In this document: positions 33,115-42,736 of the stretch, piece by piece | Layout: each line of letters begins with the position of its first letter | Position numbering within the stretch: position 1 is the stretch's first letter | NCBI GenBank assembly: GCA_028819575.1 | Contig: JAPPLB010000123.1 | Coordinates: 1,227-65,226 of the forward strand | Origin: Bryobacterales bacterium | Lineage (GTDB): Bacteria; Acidobacteriota; Terriglobia; Bryobacterales; UBA6623 | DNA: 64,000 bases | Direction of reading: 5' to 3' | The notes under the pieces: model-generated | The model's input: only the letters and a program-made list of their open reading frames with translations | Database searches by the model: none | Told to the model about the DNA's origin: nothing | Translations under genes and position numbers: made by a program

Positions 33115-34116
33115 ATGAAACTCGGTCTCGATCTCTTCAGCCTGCGTTCACAGAACTGGACGGCCTTCGAACTGCTCGACTACAGCGCGCAGCTTGGCGT
33201 CGAGACGGCGCACTTCTCTGAACCGCGTTTCCTGGGCAGTCTGGAGGAATCCCACCTCGACCGGGTCAAGGCTCATGCCGACCGCCTCGGTCTCGATCTT
33301 GAAGTTGGCTTCACCTCGATTTGCGAGACGTCGCACCGTTTCGAGCCCGAGCACGGCACGCCCGCGGCGCAGCTCCGCCGCATGCTCCAGGTTGCGCGAC
33401 GGCTGGGCTCACCGATCGTTCGGTGTTTTCTCGGCACTTCGGAGGACCGTGAAGGACCGATCCCCCTGGAACAGCACATCGAGAACACCATCAAGACCTG
33501 CAAGGCGGTTCGCTCCGAAGCGCTTGATCTGGGCCTGAAGATTGCGGTCGAGAATCACGCCGGCGACCTGCAATCCCGTCAGCTTCGGATGCTCATCGAG
33601 GAAGCCGGACCGGAGTACGTCGGGGCGCTCTATGACGCCGGCAACGCCGCCTGGACCCTGGAAGATCCTCTGCGGGCTCTCGAAACCCTCGCGCCTCATG
33701 TCCTGACCTCCGGCATGCGCGACTCGGCGATTTGGGAGGTTCCGGGCGGCGGGGCGGTGCAATGGGTGCCGATGGGCTCAGGCAATGTCGAGATCGACAA
33801 GGTGGCCGAACGCTACGCCGAGTTGTGCCCCGGCAAAGCGTTCTCACTCGAGATCATCACTACCCGAACAGCTCGGATCTTCGGCTACTGGGATGAGACG
33901 TTCTGGAGACACTATCGCGACGTCCCGGCCTGGGCCTTCGCCCAGTTCCTGCGGCGCGCGCGGTCAGGCTCGCCTTATGAAGATGTGCCTCCCGGGCCCC
34001 AGGGCGCGTCTCCGGACAGCCCGGCGTTCAAGCAATTCCTTGTCGATCAGGAGCGCCGCGACGTCGAGCAGGCCGTGGAGTATTGCCGCACGACACTCGG
34101 TCTCGGCCGCGGCTGA
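33115..34116 (+). CDS. Sugar phosphate isomerase/epimerase (AP endonuclease 2 TIM barrel)
   Basis: MKLGLDLFSLRS, KIAVENHAGD, LYDAGN, GSGNV, FSLE. Confidence 0.87.
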   Translation: MKLGLDLFSLRSQNWTAFELLDYSAQLGVETAHFSEPRFLGSLEESHLDRVKAHADRLGLDLEVGFTSICETSHRFEPEHGTPAAQLRRMLQVARRLGSPIVRCFLGTSEDREGPIPLEQHIENTIKTCKAVRSEALDLGLKIAVENHAGDLQSRQLRMLIEEAGPEYVGALYDAGNAAWTLEDPLRALETLAPHVLTSGMRDSAIWEVPGGGAVQWVPMGSGNVEIDKVAERYAELCPGKAFSLEIITTRTARIFGYWDETFWRHYRDVPAWAFAQFLRRARSGSPYEDVPPGPQGASPDSPAFKQFLVDQERRDVEQAVEYCRTTLGLGRG

Positions 34117-34316
34117 CCTGAAACATCCCCCTGATCAAGCGGTCCCCTTGGGAGCGCGCGGGTGCCCTCTGGGCGCCTGCCCGCCTCTCCGCATGACCCG
34201 CAGGCAGACGGATGAAAAGCGAACCCGAAACATCGTCCGAATCAAGCAGCCATGACACCGATCCGGATGTTTCTTGCTCGAATGATCCGCACCGTGTAGC
34301 GGGGCGGGGGCGGGAC

Positions 34317-34364
34317 TAGCCTGCAAGTCTCAACACGCCGGGAGGCGGGGAGGCATGCAGGCTA
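34317..34364. repeat. Minimal MITE-like copy D (ends only, 48 bp)
   Basis: TAGCCTGCAAGTCTCAAC ... GGGGAGGCATGCAGGCTA; right end supplies the stop codon of the 34362 gene. Confidence 0.65.
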
Positions 34365-35369
34365 ACCGCCGAAGGCCGGCTGCACCCAGGCATGCCTGCC
34401 ATCCGACCGGGTCACCGTCGCTCTCACATAAGCTTCGCCGGGACGAAGCTCATACTTCGCCTCCAGCCCGTGAGCCTCGGCGAGCACCTTGCCACCCTTG
34501 CCGATGAAGCGTGTCGTGTACCTGAAATTCAACTCCTCCCGGATCGTAATCTCCAAGCCCTTCGAAGAGCGCTCGACGGTATCGAGATTCACGCCCGTGG
34601 ATGCGTAAAACCTCCCCTGCTCGAGGGCTTGCACAATCGCCGCTTCCGAAAGCTCCGACGCCAGCACCGAAACCCAGCCGCGGCCTGGATTCGAAAGCGT
34701 CGGCCCGAATTCCTTGAAGTTGTGCGCATCGTCGACCGCGACGCCATAGACCTCACGTCCCGTGCTCAGCACCATGTCCCACATTTGCTCCAGACTCGGC
34801 GAGCCGCCCCCGCCGAAGTTGTGGGTCGTCCGAATCCCGTTGTACACCTCGAACAGCTTCATGTCGTTGACCCGCGCCAAGTCGTCCGGCGTCACCGCCC
34901 AACGGTAGTTCGGGTGGTTCAGGGACGGCACTGCGTCGGCCGTCCGAATCGCGTCGACGTTCTTCTGAATCGTATCCAGGACACTGTGCCCAAAGGCCGG
35001 CGGGATGGTCTTGCGAAGCCCGAAGGCGTTGACGTGGACCGGCTTATCCTCGTACCGCGACGTGACTTCCTCACCGGCGATCAGCAAGAATCGCTCGTCC
35101 GCAGCGAAGAACGAATTCAGAGGCCCCGGGTCCGTGAAGTAGTTGTGATCGGTGAGCACCAGGAACTGATAGCGGTGCTCCTTGTACCAGCGCGCCACCG
35201 CATCCGGCGTGCTGTCGCCATCGCTGTTGATCGTATGCGTGTGAAGATTGCCTTTGTACCAGTTCAATTTCGGTGTCGAGGCCGCCTGCCTCCCGGACGA
35301 AAACGCCCACACCCAGGCCGTGAGGAACACCAAACCGGCTCGAAGCAACCAAGCGGATCGAAGTTTCAT
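34362..35369 (-). CDS. PHP/CehA-McbA-like metal-dependent phosphoesterase, exported
   Basis: WYKGNLHTHT..SDG, LTDHN, GEEVT, NHP, EVYN, VDDAH; start set at MKLRSAW. Confidence 0.87.
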   Translation of the reverse strand: MKLRSAWLLRAGLVFLTAWVWAFSSGRQAASTPKLNWYKGNLHTHTINSDGDSTPDAVARWYKEHRYQFLVLTDHNYFTDPGPLNSFFAADERFLLIAGEEVTSRYEDKPVHVNAFGLRKTIPPAFGHSVLDTIQKNVDAIRTADAVPSLNHPNYRWAVTPDDLARVNDMKLFEVYNGIRTTHNFGGGGSPSLEQMWDMVLSTGREVYGVAVDDAHNFKEFGPTLSNPGRGWVSVLASELSEAAIVQALEQGRFYASTGVNLDTVERSSKGLEITIREELNFRYTTRFIGKGGKVLAEAHGLEAKYELRPGEAYVRATVTRSDGRHAWVQPAFGG

Positions 35370-35695
35370 ACCGCATAAAGCTACCACAGCTGGGTCCCCC
35401 GCTGTGACCCGCTCGGTCGTGACGGAAACAGGGAAGCATCGGGCTGCTGCTTCATGGGTGTCCCCCGTCCGAGAGTCGACGAGCCATGTTGGGGGCAACC
35501 GTAAAAGCAGCGCCGCGGCAACACCTCTCTCGCCAAAACAGTGCAAGCGCGGAACGAGCGGGGATCGCACAGTCCTGGGCCACGAAGGGTGACTAGTGGC
35601 GGGATCAGGTACCATGGGGCATGTGGTCGCGGCGATGAACGGCAGCCACCGCCAAACGTCGGACCGGAGGCCGGAGTACTCGGAGACGCGCCGGG

Positions 35696-35704
35696 GTGAA
35701 TCAC
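35696..35704. promoter_or_regulatory. Palindrome GTGAATCAC, candidate operator upstream of the RHH-RM operon
   Basis: GTGA-A-TCAC followed closely by TTGACT, about 65 bp upstream of the RHH gene. Confidence 0.35.
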
Positions 35705-35768
35705 TTTGTTGTTGACTGGTGCGTTCCGATGTACGTTGTGAGATCTGTTCGAATGCAGCCATGCAAGG

Positions 35769-35942
35769 ATGATGGTCGAACGCCGGAAGAAGACGACAAG
35801 ACTGACCGTGAGTCTCAACGAAGTGGACTACGCCGTGCTCAACGCCATGGCGCCCAGAAGCGACGTGTCCCTATCCTGGGTCATCCAGCAGCCGATCCAG
35901 CGCTTCATGCGGAAACACGGCGCGAACCCGAGTTGCCGCTGA
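35769..35942 (+). CDS. Ribbon-helix-helix (CopG-like) protein, possibly frameshifted at C-terminus; absent from ORF track
   Basis: Manual translation MMVERRKKTTRLTVSLNEVDYAVLNAMAPRSDVSLSWVIQQPIQRFMRKHGANPSCR shows the beta-helix-helix RHH pattern. Confidence 0.7.
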   Translation: MMVERRKKTTRLTVSLNEVDYAVLNAMAPRSDVSLSWVIQQPIQRFMRKHGANPSCR

Positions 35943-35984
35943 CCCTGGCGGAGCAAGCGTGTAGGAAGGAGGCATCGGGGTAGA

Positions 35985-37637
35985 TTGCCGGTCTTGAACC
36001 AGAACCTGGGAATTCCCCCGACGGAAGAGACCGCGCGGTCCTACCAGGACATGCCCCGTCCTCGGAGAGGAGAACGGCCTGCCGCCTATGCCGACCACAT
36101 CGGCGAATGGTATGCCGCGCGGAGGTCCAATCGGCAACGCAAGGACCACGGCCTCTTCCTCACGCCGGTGCCCGCTGCCGATTTCATGGCTAAGCGGATC
36201 ACGGCAGAGGCGCGAAAGGTCAGGGTGCTCGATCCCGCCGCGGGCACCGGCATCCTCTGCTGCGCGGCCGTGGAGGCGCTCGCCTCCCGCCAGACGAAGC
36301 CGGACTCCATTGAACTGGTCGCCTACGAGATCGACGGCGACCTGATCGCTCCGCTGCGGGCTGTCCTCGACCATCTCTCCGACTGGTGCCGTGGGCACCA
36401 TCGGGTGACGGTGGACATTCATATCGAAGCTGCCGACTTCATCATGGCGAACGCCGAGGCTTTACGTCCATACGGGCTTTTCCCCTCGCAGTCGGAAGTG
36501 GAAAGCTTCGACGTCATCATCGCCAACCCACCCTATTTCAAGATCGGCAAGGACGATCCACGCGCGGTGGCCGTGTCCCAGGTAGTCCACGGCCAGCCGA
36601 ACATCTACGCGCTCTTCATGACAGTCGGCGCCGCATTACTGCGACAGAGCGCAGATTTCGTATTCATCACCCCGCGCAGCTTCGCGTCGGGTCCGTACTT
36701 CCGGCGGTTCCGGACCGTGTTCTTCGACATGATCCGGCCGACCGGAATCCACTTGTTCGGCTCGAGGCGCGATGCGTTCCGCCGGGACGCTGTGCTGCAA
36801 GAGAATGTCATCGTCTCCGGCGTCCGCCAGAACGGCTGGCACGAGAACGGCGCCGCTACGCCTCTCGCAATATCGTCAAGCCTCGGAGTCGACGATATCG
36901 ACGAGTCGGAAGCCCGTGAGGTTTCAGCAGGGGCGGTGCTCGACTTCGACTCTGTGGACAAGGTCCTCAGGCTACCGGTCTGCGACGACGACGAGGAGGC
37001 ATTGGCACTGGTGGACTCGTGGCCCGGCAACCTGCGCGACCTGGGCTTGAGCATATCGACTGGGCCCGTAGTGCCGTTTCGAGCGACGGAACTCGTTGCC
37101 AGGGAAGGCAAGGTCCCCGTGAGCCATGTGCCGCTGTTGTGGATGAACCACGTGCTCGCCATGCGAGCCACTTGGCCGCTGGACCGGCACAAGCCCGAAT
37201 ACATCGCCCGCGCCGGCGCCGAGGCGCTTCTCGTGCCCAACAGGAACTATGTTCTCATACGCCGCTTCAGCGCTAAGGAGGAGCCGCGCCGGCTGACGGC
37301 CGCTCCTTACATCGCCACCGACTTCGCGATCCCAGAGATCGGATTGGAGAACCACCTCAACTACATTCACCGGCCCGGCGACACGCTCTCGGAGGACGAG
37401 GCCTGGGGTCTGGCGGCACTCTACAACAGCCGTCTCCTCGACACCTGGTTCCGGGCGGTCAACGGCAACACTCAAGTGAGCGCCACCGAACTGCGCGCCA
37501 TGCCGCTCCCCCCCCGCGAGACGATCGTTGCGCTCGGCGGGCGGACGAAGCGTCTAGCAGACCCGATGGCGGGACTGGATACGCTAGTCGCCGACATTGT
37601 AGGCTCTCTGCCGTTGAAGGAGGCGGCCGTTGGCTGA
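35985..37637 (+). CDS. N6-adenine DNA methyltransferase, Eco57I/BsuBI-PstI type
   Basis: GLFLTP, VLDPAAGTG (motif I), IANPPY (motif IV), STGPVVPFR, LENHLNY, NGNTQVSATELR. Confidence 0.93.
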   Translation: MPVLNQNLGIPPTEETARSYQDMPRPRRGERPAAYADHIGEWYAARRSNRQRKDHGLFLTPVPAADFMAKRITAEARKVRVLDPAAGTGILCCAAVEALASRQTKPDSIELVAYEIDGDLIAPLRAVLDHLSDWCRGHHRVTVDIHIEAADFIMANAEALRPYGLFPSQSEVESFDVIIANPPYFKIGKDDPRAVAVSQVVHGQPNIYALFMTVGAALLRQSADFVFITPRSFASGPYFRRFRTVFFDMIRPTGIHLFGSRRDAFRRDAVLQENVIVSGVRQNGWHENGAATPLAISSSLGVDDIDESEAREVSAGAVLDFDSVDKVLRLPVCDDDEEALALVDSWPGNLRDLGLSISTGPVVPFRATELVAREGKVPVSHVPLLWMNHVLAMRATWPLDRHKPEYIARAGAEALLVPNRNYVLIRRFSAKEEPRRLTAAPYIATDFAIPEIGLENHLNYIHRPGDTLSEDEAWGLAALYNSRLLDTWFRAVNGNTQVSATELRAMPLPPRETIVALGGRTKRLADPMAGLDTLVADIVGSLPLKEAAVG

Positions 37638-38577
37638 CGTCGAAGAAGCGCAGCAGATCCTCGCAGCCTTAGGCATGCCGCTGGCCCAGCACAACCAGAT
37701 GGCAGGCATGACGCTCATCGCGCTCTGCGGACTGACGCCCGATGCGGCTTGGTCGACTGCTGAGCGGCGGCGCTGCACTGTCACCAAGGGCATCATGGAC
37801 TATCTCAAGAAGCATTACGGAACGGAGTATGCGCCGAACACACGCGAGACCTTTCGGCGTCAGGTGCTGCACCAGTTCGTCCAGGCCGGCGTTGCCGATT
37901 ACAACCCGTTCGAGCCCGACCTTCCGACGAACAGCCCAAAGGCCCATTACGCCGTCACGGACCCGGTCTTGGAGGTCGTTCGGCGATATGGAACCAAGGA
38001 CTGGGAATCCGCCGTCGGCCGCTTCCGCCGCGACCAGGGCGCACTCATCGAGCGCTACGCGCGTGAGCGGAGTCGGAGCCTGATTCCAGTCCGACTGCCT
38101 GACGGGCGGGAACTACGCCTCTCGCCCGGCCGGCACAATTACGTACAGCGGGCCATCGTGGAGGAGTTTGCACCTCGCTTCGCTCCCGGATCGCACTTGC
38201 TCTACCTGGGTGACACGGCGAAGAAGGACCTGTTCGTCGACAGGGAGCGCCTTGCCGAGCTGGGCATTCCTATCACTGATCACGACAAGCTACCCGACGT
38301 GGTGCTCTATGACGCCAAACGCGAGTGGCTGTTTCTCGTTGAGGCGGTGACATCCCACGGCCCGGTCTCTCCCACCCGGATAGTCGATCTGGAAGCCATG
38401 CTTGCCGGTTGCCCTGCTGGAACCGTCTACGTCAGCGCGTTTCCGGATTTCGGAGAGTTCCGCAAGCACATGAGAAACATCGCCTGGGAGACGGAGGTAT
38501 GGCTCTGCGATACGCCGGACCACATGATCCACTACGACGGCGAGCGGTTCCTCGGCCCCAGACCACGGGATGAATAA
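37630..38577 (+). CDS. BsuBI/PstI-family type II restriction endonuclease
   Basis: YAPNTRETFRRQVLHQF, PTNSP, LSPGRH, KLPDVV, EAVTSHGP, IAWETEVW. Confidence 0.93.
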   Translation: MADVEEAQQILAALGMPLAQHNQMAGMTLIALCGLTPDAAWSTAERRRCTVTKGIMDYLKKHYGTEYAPNTRETFRRQVLHQFVQAGVADYNPFEPDLPTNSPKAHYAVTDPVLEVVRRYGTKDWESAVGRFRRDQGALIERYARERSRSLIPVRLPDGRELRLSPGRHNYVQRAIVEEFAPRFAPGSHLLYLGDTAKKDLFVDRERLAELGIPITDHDKLPDVVLYDAKREWLFLVEAVTSHGPVSPTRIVDLEAMLAGCPAGTVYVSAFPDFGEFRKHMRNIAWETEVWLCDTPDHMIHYDGERFLGPRPRDE

Positions 38578-38831
38578 TATTGCGTGATGCGCTACTTCTG
38601 CTGCGAAGGACGATGATCAATCGCTCCTCCACGAAGACTTCCTGGCTCAACCGGGCGATGGCCGGCTGACGACGCTCCGAAAGTTCGTGTCCCAACCACA
38701 AAATCCTCTCACCTAATGGCAAATGCCATGGGGGACAGAGCCGAAACAAGGCGCTATCGGGCGCAGCTATTCGGGTTCCCGGTCGATCGTCTGCTCACCA
38801 TCCGCCTTCTACCGTGAAGGCAGTCAAGAGG

Positions 38832-40976
38832 CTAGAGCGAGTCGCGGGAGAGAAGAAAGGCATGGACCTGCCAGATTTCGTTCCGCGAAAGGATTTCGGC
38901 GAACGGGGCCATGGCTGTGCCGGGCCGCCCTTTTGTCACCGTATCGACAAACTGCGCCGGGCTGAGCCCGGTCCTGAAAAGGCTCGGCCCCGCCGCCCCG
39001 CCGCCGGATCGATGACAACCTGCGCAGCGTCCGCGGTAGATCCGTTCACCGGCAGCGACCGCCTCCGCCCGGCCCAGAACCGGGTTTCGCAGCTCAGCCT
39101 GGACGGGCGATGGGGAAGGCGGACCCGCTCCGGTCTTGATCGGCTCGCCGCCTTCGGTCGGCGCAAAACCGTAACCCGGCAAGACCCGGCCGCCGAGGGT
39201 GTGCCCCGGCTGCCCCACACGGGGCAGGCCTCCTTCTAGAAGCGTCAGGTTCGTCCCGGGAGCTACTCGCGCCGGGCCGCCGCCATCCAGCGCAAAGACC
39301 CAGAGATTACCGGCCTTCGGCTCGGTGTAGTAGAACGTCATGTCGCCGCCGATACCGCCGGACGGCACCGCGAGATACTGGATCCCGTCGAGTTCGTAGG
39401 TGATCGGGCTGCCGATGATCCCCGAGCCGGTCTGGAACTTCCACAACTCCGCGCCGGTGCGGGCATCGAACGCCATGAAATAGCCGCGCATATCGCCCGT
39501 AAACACGAGTCCGCTTGACGTCGCGACGGCGCCCGCCCAGAAGGGCGCGGGGCTCACGGCGCGCCACACCACCTTGCGGTTCACCACGTCATAAGCGACG
39601 AAGTTACCGGGGTGGTCGCTGGTCAGGTACTGCTGATAGTCAGCACCGAGATACCACTCGCCCCTGGTCGGTGGCTCGAAAGTGTCCTCGGCCCAAAACT
39701 TGTATCCCATCGCCCACTGATTCGACATGAAGTACAGCGTTTCGAGTTGCGGGTTGTAGGCGAGCGGCTGCCAGTCGATCGCCCCTTCGAGGCTGGGAAT
39801 GATCGGGCCCACTTCCGGCCCGCCCGACTCGGCGATCATGTCCGGGTTTACCTTCGGGCGGCCGGTCACGGGATCGAGTCCGAAGGCCCAGTTGATGCCC
39901 GGCACAATCGGATCGCCGTAGATGAACTTGCCGTTCGTGCGGTCCAGCGCGTAGAAGAAACCGTTCTTGTCGTGGTGGAAGAGGGCTTTGACCGAGCCGT
40001 CGGAACCAAGGTCGACGTCCGCCAGCAACGGCGTGCTGACGGCGTCGTAATCCCAACAATCCCAAGGGGTGTACTGAAAGCCCCACTCGATGCCGCCGCT
40101 ATCGGCATTGATGGCAATGGTGGCCGCCGTCCATTGGTTGTCGCCCTTGCGGACGTGGCAATTCCAGGGAGCGGCGTTGCCGGTATTCCAATAGACGAGG
40201 TTCAGGTCCGGGTCGTAGACGCCGGTGGTCCAGGTCGAGCCGCCGCCGTGCTTCCAGGTGTCGCCGGGCCAGGTGTCGTTGCCCGGCTCGCCGGGACCTG
40301 GAATCGTGTATGCCGTCCAACGCGGCTCGCCGGTCTTCGCGTCGAAGGCCTTGACAAAGCCGCGAATGCCGAACTCGCCTCCGGCCACACCGGTGAGCAC
40401 CATATCCTTGACGACCAAGGGGGCGCCGGTAATGCTGTAGCCCTGCTCCCAATCGATGACCTCGACTTCCCACACCACATCGCCAGTGCGCATGTCGAGC
40501 GCGACCAGCCGGGCATCCATCGTCCCGACGTAGACCAGATCGCCCCAGATCGCCACGCCGCGGTTGATCGAGCCGCAGCAGTAAACGCGCTCCGTCTCGT
40601 CGGAAAGCTCGGGATCGTAGCCCCACTTCCTTGCTCCGGTTCGCGCGTCGATGGCGAAGACGCGAGACCCATCGGCCGAAACGTAGAGCACCCCGTTGTG
40701 AATCAGCGGCGTTGCCTCCAAGCCGCGGTTTTCACCACCGGTCGCGAACACCCACACCGGATGCAGCCGGTCCACGTTGGCTGGCGAAATCTGATCGAGC
40801 TCAACGTAGCGGTGGCCGTAGTAGTCCCGGCCATACATCAACCACGATGAGTTGTCGCCGGCGGCCTTCCTGAGCTGCTCGTAGGTGACGGGTTGGGGCT
40901 GAGCCGTCACCCGCGGCAAGATCGCTGCGAACCCGAGGGCCGCCGCAAACAAGACAACAAGCCTTGAAGAGCGCAT
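38832..40976 (-). CDS. PQQ-dependent alcohol dehydrogenase with C-terminal cytochrome c (quinohemoprotein)
   Basis: YCCGSINRG, GGEFGIRG, GNAAPWN, WDYD, C-terminal CAGCH; signal peptide from MRSSRL. Confidence 0.92.
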   Translation of the reverse strand: MRSSRLVVLFAAALGFAAILPRVTAQPQPVTYEQLRKAAGDNSSWLMYGRDYYGHRYVELDQISPANVDRLHPVWVFATGGENRGLEATPLIHNGVLYVSADGSRVFAIDARTGARKWGYDPELSDETERVYCCGSINRGVAIWGDLVYVGTMDARLVALDMRTGDVVWEVEVIDWEQGYSITGAPLVVKDMVLTGVAGGEFGIRGFVKAFDAKTGEPRWTAYTIPGPGEPGNDTWPGDTWKHGGGSTWTTGVYDPDLNLVYWNTGNAAPWNCHVRKGDNQWTAATIAINADSGGIEWGFQYTPWDCWDYDAVSTPLLADVDLGSDGSVKALFHHDKNGFFYALDRTNGKFIYGDPIVPGINWAFGLDPVTGRPKVNPDMIAESGGPEVGPIIPSLEGAIDWQPLAYNPQLETLYFMSNQWAMGYKFWAEDTFEPPTRGEWYLGADYQQYLTSDHPGNFVAYDVVNRKVVWRAVSPAPFWAGAVATSSGLVFTGDMRGYFMAFDARTGAELWKFQTGSGIIGSPITYELDGIQYLAVPSGGIGGDMTFYYTEPKAGNLWVFALDGGGPARVAPGTNLTLLEGGLPRVGQPGHTLGGRVLPGYGFAPTEGGEPIKTGAGPPSPSPVQAELRNPVLGRAEAVAAGERIYRGRCAGCHRSGGGAAGPSLFRTGLSPAQFVDTVTKGRPGTAMAPFAEILSRNEIWQVHAFLLSRDSL

Positions 40977-41193
40977 TCGACCGAGCAAGAGACAACCCCC
41001 GCCGGCACGGGGGAACCAGAGATTATCCCAGGAAGGAACTAGGAGCCGCCATTCCACACCTTATCCGCCGACCGTTCGGGCCGGCGAGTTCTTCTTTCCG
41101 CACTTTCCTTGCTTGTCACGAAGCGGGCCGTCTTGATTCCCGTGTGATGTTGGCGTAGTATGCTTGAGTATCCACGAGCCAAGGGAGAACACG

Positions 41194-42351
41194 ATGAAAC
41201 GACTACCGGCCGCGCTTACGATTTTTCTCATGACTTGCGCCTTGGCGTTCGCTCAGGTCGAAGACATTCGCAACCCTTCGATCAATACGGAGACCGAACA
41301 AGGCTCCTTGATTTCGCAGGCCGGCACGGCCGAGGACGACGCCACGAGAATGCAGCTCCTCGAGACTTTCGTCGAGAGATACGGTGACCACGACGCCATC
41401 AACTACGTTTACCTGCAACTCCAGGGACTCCATCTCGCCGCCGGCAATTTCGACAAGGTCATCTCTTACGGAGAGAAGCTGATCGAGGCCGTCCCGGAGG
41501 ATGTCGAAATTCGTCAGAACCTGACCAAGGGCTACGAGGGCAAGCAGGATTTCGACAACCTGCTTCCGCATCTACTCGCAACCAGGCCTTACGCCGAGAA
41601 AGACACTCAGCTTCCCGAACCGGAATACGAGGACGAAGTCGAAGCCTGGCAGGCTCAGATCGATTACGCCAAGGGCGTCCTGCAATACATCGAATACTCG
41701 TTGTACGCCTCGCTGTTCAAGATCACCGATCCCGCGAAAAAGATCGAGTACATGGACGCACTCAGGGAACTCTATCCCGAGGGGCAGTATGCGGGCGTAC
41801 TGGACGACTATTATGTTCAGTCGTACCAGCAGTTGGGCGACGTCGCGAAGATGCTGGCCGCCATGGAAGCGGCCGTCCAGAAGAACCCGGGAAACGAAAA
41901 CTACCTGTTCACACTGGCCGAGAGTTCCGTCCGCCAAGCGCAATATGACAAAGCGAAGGGCTACGCCGAGCAACTCATTCAAGTGATGAACCAAAAAGCC
42001 AAGCCCGAAAACCAAACCGAAGAAGAGTGGACCAAGAACAAAGAGCTATTCACCGCCTACGGCAACTACATGCTGGGTAAGCTGACCGTCCTGCAGGCCG
42101 GCAACGCCGCGCAAGGCTATCGGGACGGCCGCAAGCAATTGCTCACGACGGTCGGCCCCATCCAGGAAAGGGGCGGAGAGCACTACGGCATCCTGGCCTA
42201 CATGCTCGGCATCTGCTACGTGAAGCTCGACATCGCCGGCGACAACATCGGGCAGGCCACGAAGTGGATGGGCATCGCCGCCCAGGAACCCAACCCCTAC
42301 CAGGGAGAAGCCCAGAATACTCTGGCCGCCATTCGCGCGGCCACCGAGTAA
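41194..42351 (+). CDS. Exported TPR-like helical repeat protein
   Basis: Signal peptide (ALAFAQ), amphipathic helical repeats, GGGAG SD upstream. Confidence 0.8.
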   Translation: MKRLPAALTIFLMTCALAFAQVEDIRNPSINTETEQGSLISQAGTAEDDATRMQLLETFVERYGDHDAINYVYLQLQGLHLAAGNFDKVISYGEKLIEAVPEDVEIRQNLTKGYEGKQDFDNLLPHLLATRPYAEKDTQLPEPEYEDEVEAWQAQIDYAKGVLQYIEYSLYASLFKITDPAKKIEYMDALRELYPEGQYAGVLDDYYVQSYQQLGDVAKMLAAMEAAVQKNPGNENYLFTLAESSVRQAQYDKAKGYAEQLIQVMNQKAKPENQTEEEWTKNKELFTAYGNYMLGKLTVLQAGNAAQGYRDGRKQLLTTVGPIQERGGEHYGILAYMLGICYVKLDIAGDNIGQATKWMGIAAQEPNPYQGEAQNTLAAIRAATE

Positions 42352-42385
42352 GTAACGGAACCATCTGCTGCACCGGCAGAGGCAG

Positions 42386-42489
42386 CACGTGGTGAGCAAG
42401 GCAGGTCAGGAGGGCGACAATCCCAGCCCGCTTTTCTCAGCTCCGGCGGCACAGAAGCGTACCGCGCACATGGTGAGACATTCAGGTCC
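42386..42489. repeat. Degenerate tandem MITE end remnants
   Basis: CACGTGGTGAGCAAGGCAGG (42386); AGCCCGCTTTTCTCAGC ... CATGGTGAGACATTCAGG (42425-42486). Confidence 0.5.
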
Positions 42490-42736
42490 AAGCCTGCCTT
42501 TCTCCCCACCCGACGGCCGCAATACGCGATAACAAGGCCGTGATTCGTGACCCAAAAACCTGGGCAGGCGGTACGACCGTTGCTCCAGGGTGGCTTGCAT
42601 TGAGGCCGAGGCTCGTGCAAGGCCGTGTTTCGTGAAATACCTTAAAGGCCACGTTGCTTGCGCCAAGCGGCTCGCGCCTCGTCCTGACGGGCCTCTCACC
42701 CACTTTGCCTCGCCACGTGGTGAGACATGCAGGTCA
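42490..42736 (-). mobile_element. MITE-like repeat copy E (long variant, about 245 bp)
   Basis: AGCCTGCCTTTCTCCCCACCCGACGG ... GCCACGTGGTGAGACATGCAGG; outer parts match copies C/G, centre differs. Confidence 0.8.

Noticed and set aside
34117-34275. Short inverted match GAAACATCC/GGATGTTTC and a GC-rich REP-like stretch
   Set aside because: Only 9 bp and single-copy in this window; not distinguishable from chance.
38578-38830. Possible gene remnant downstream of the restriction endonuclease
   Set aside because: Short frames interrupted by stops with no motif I can recognise; no boundary repeats matching the left side of the R-M islet.
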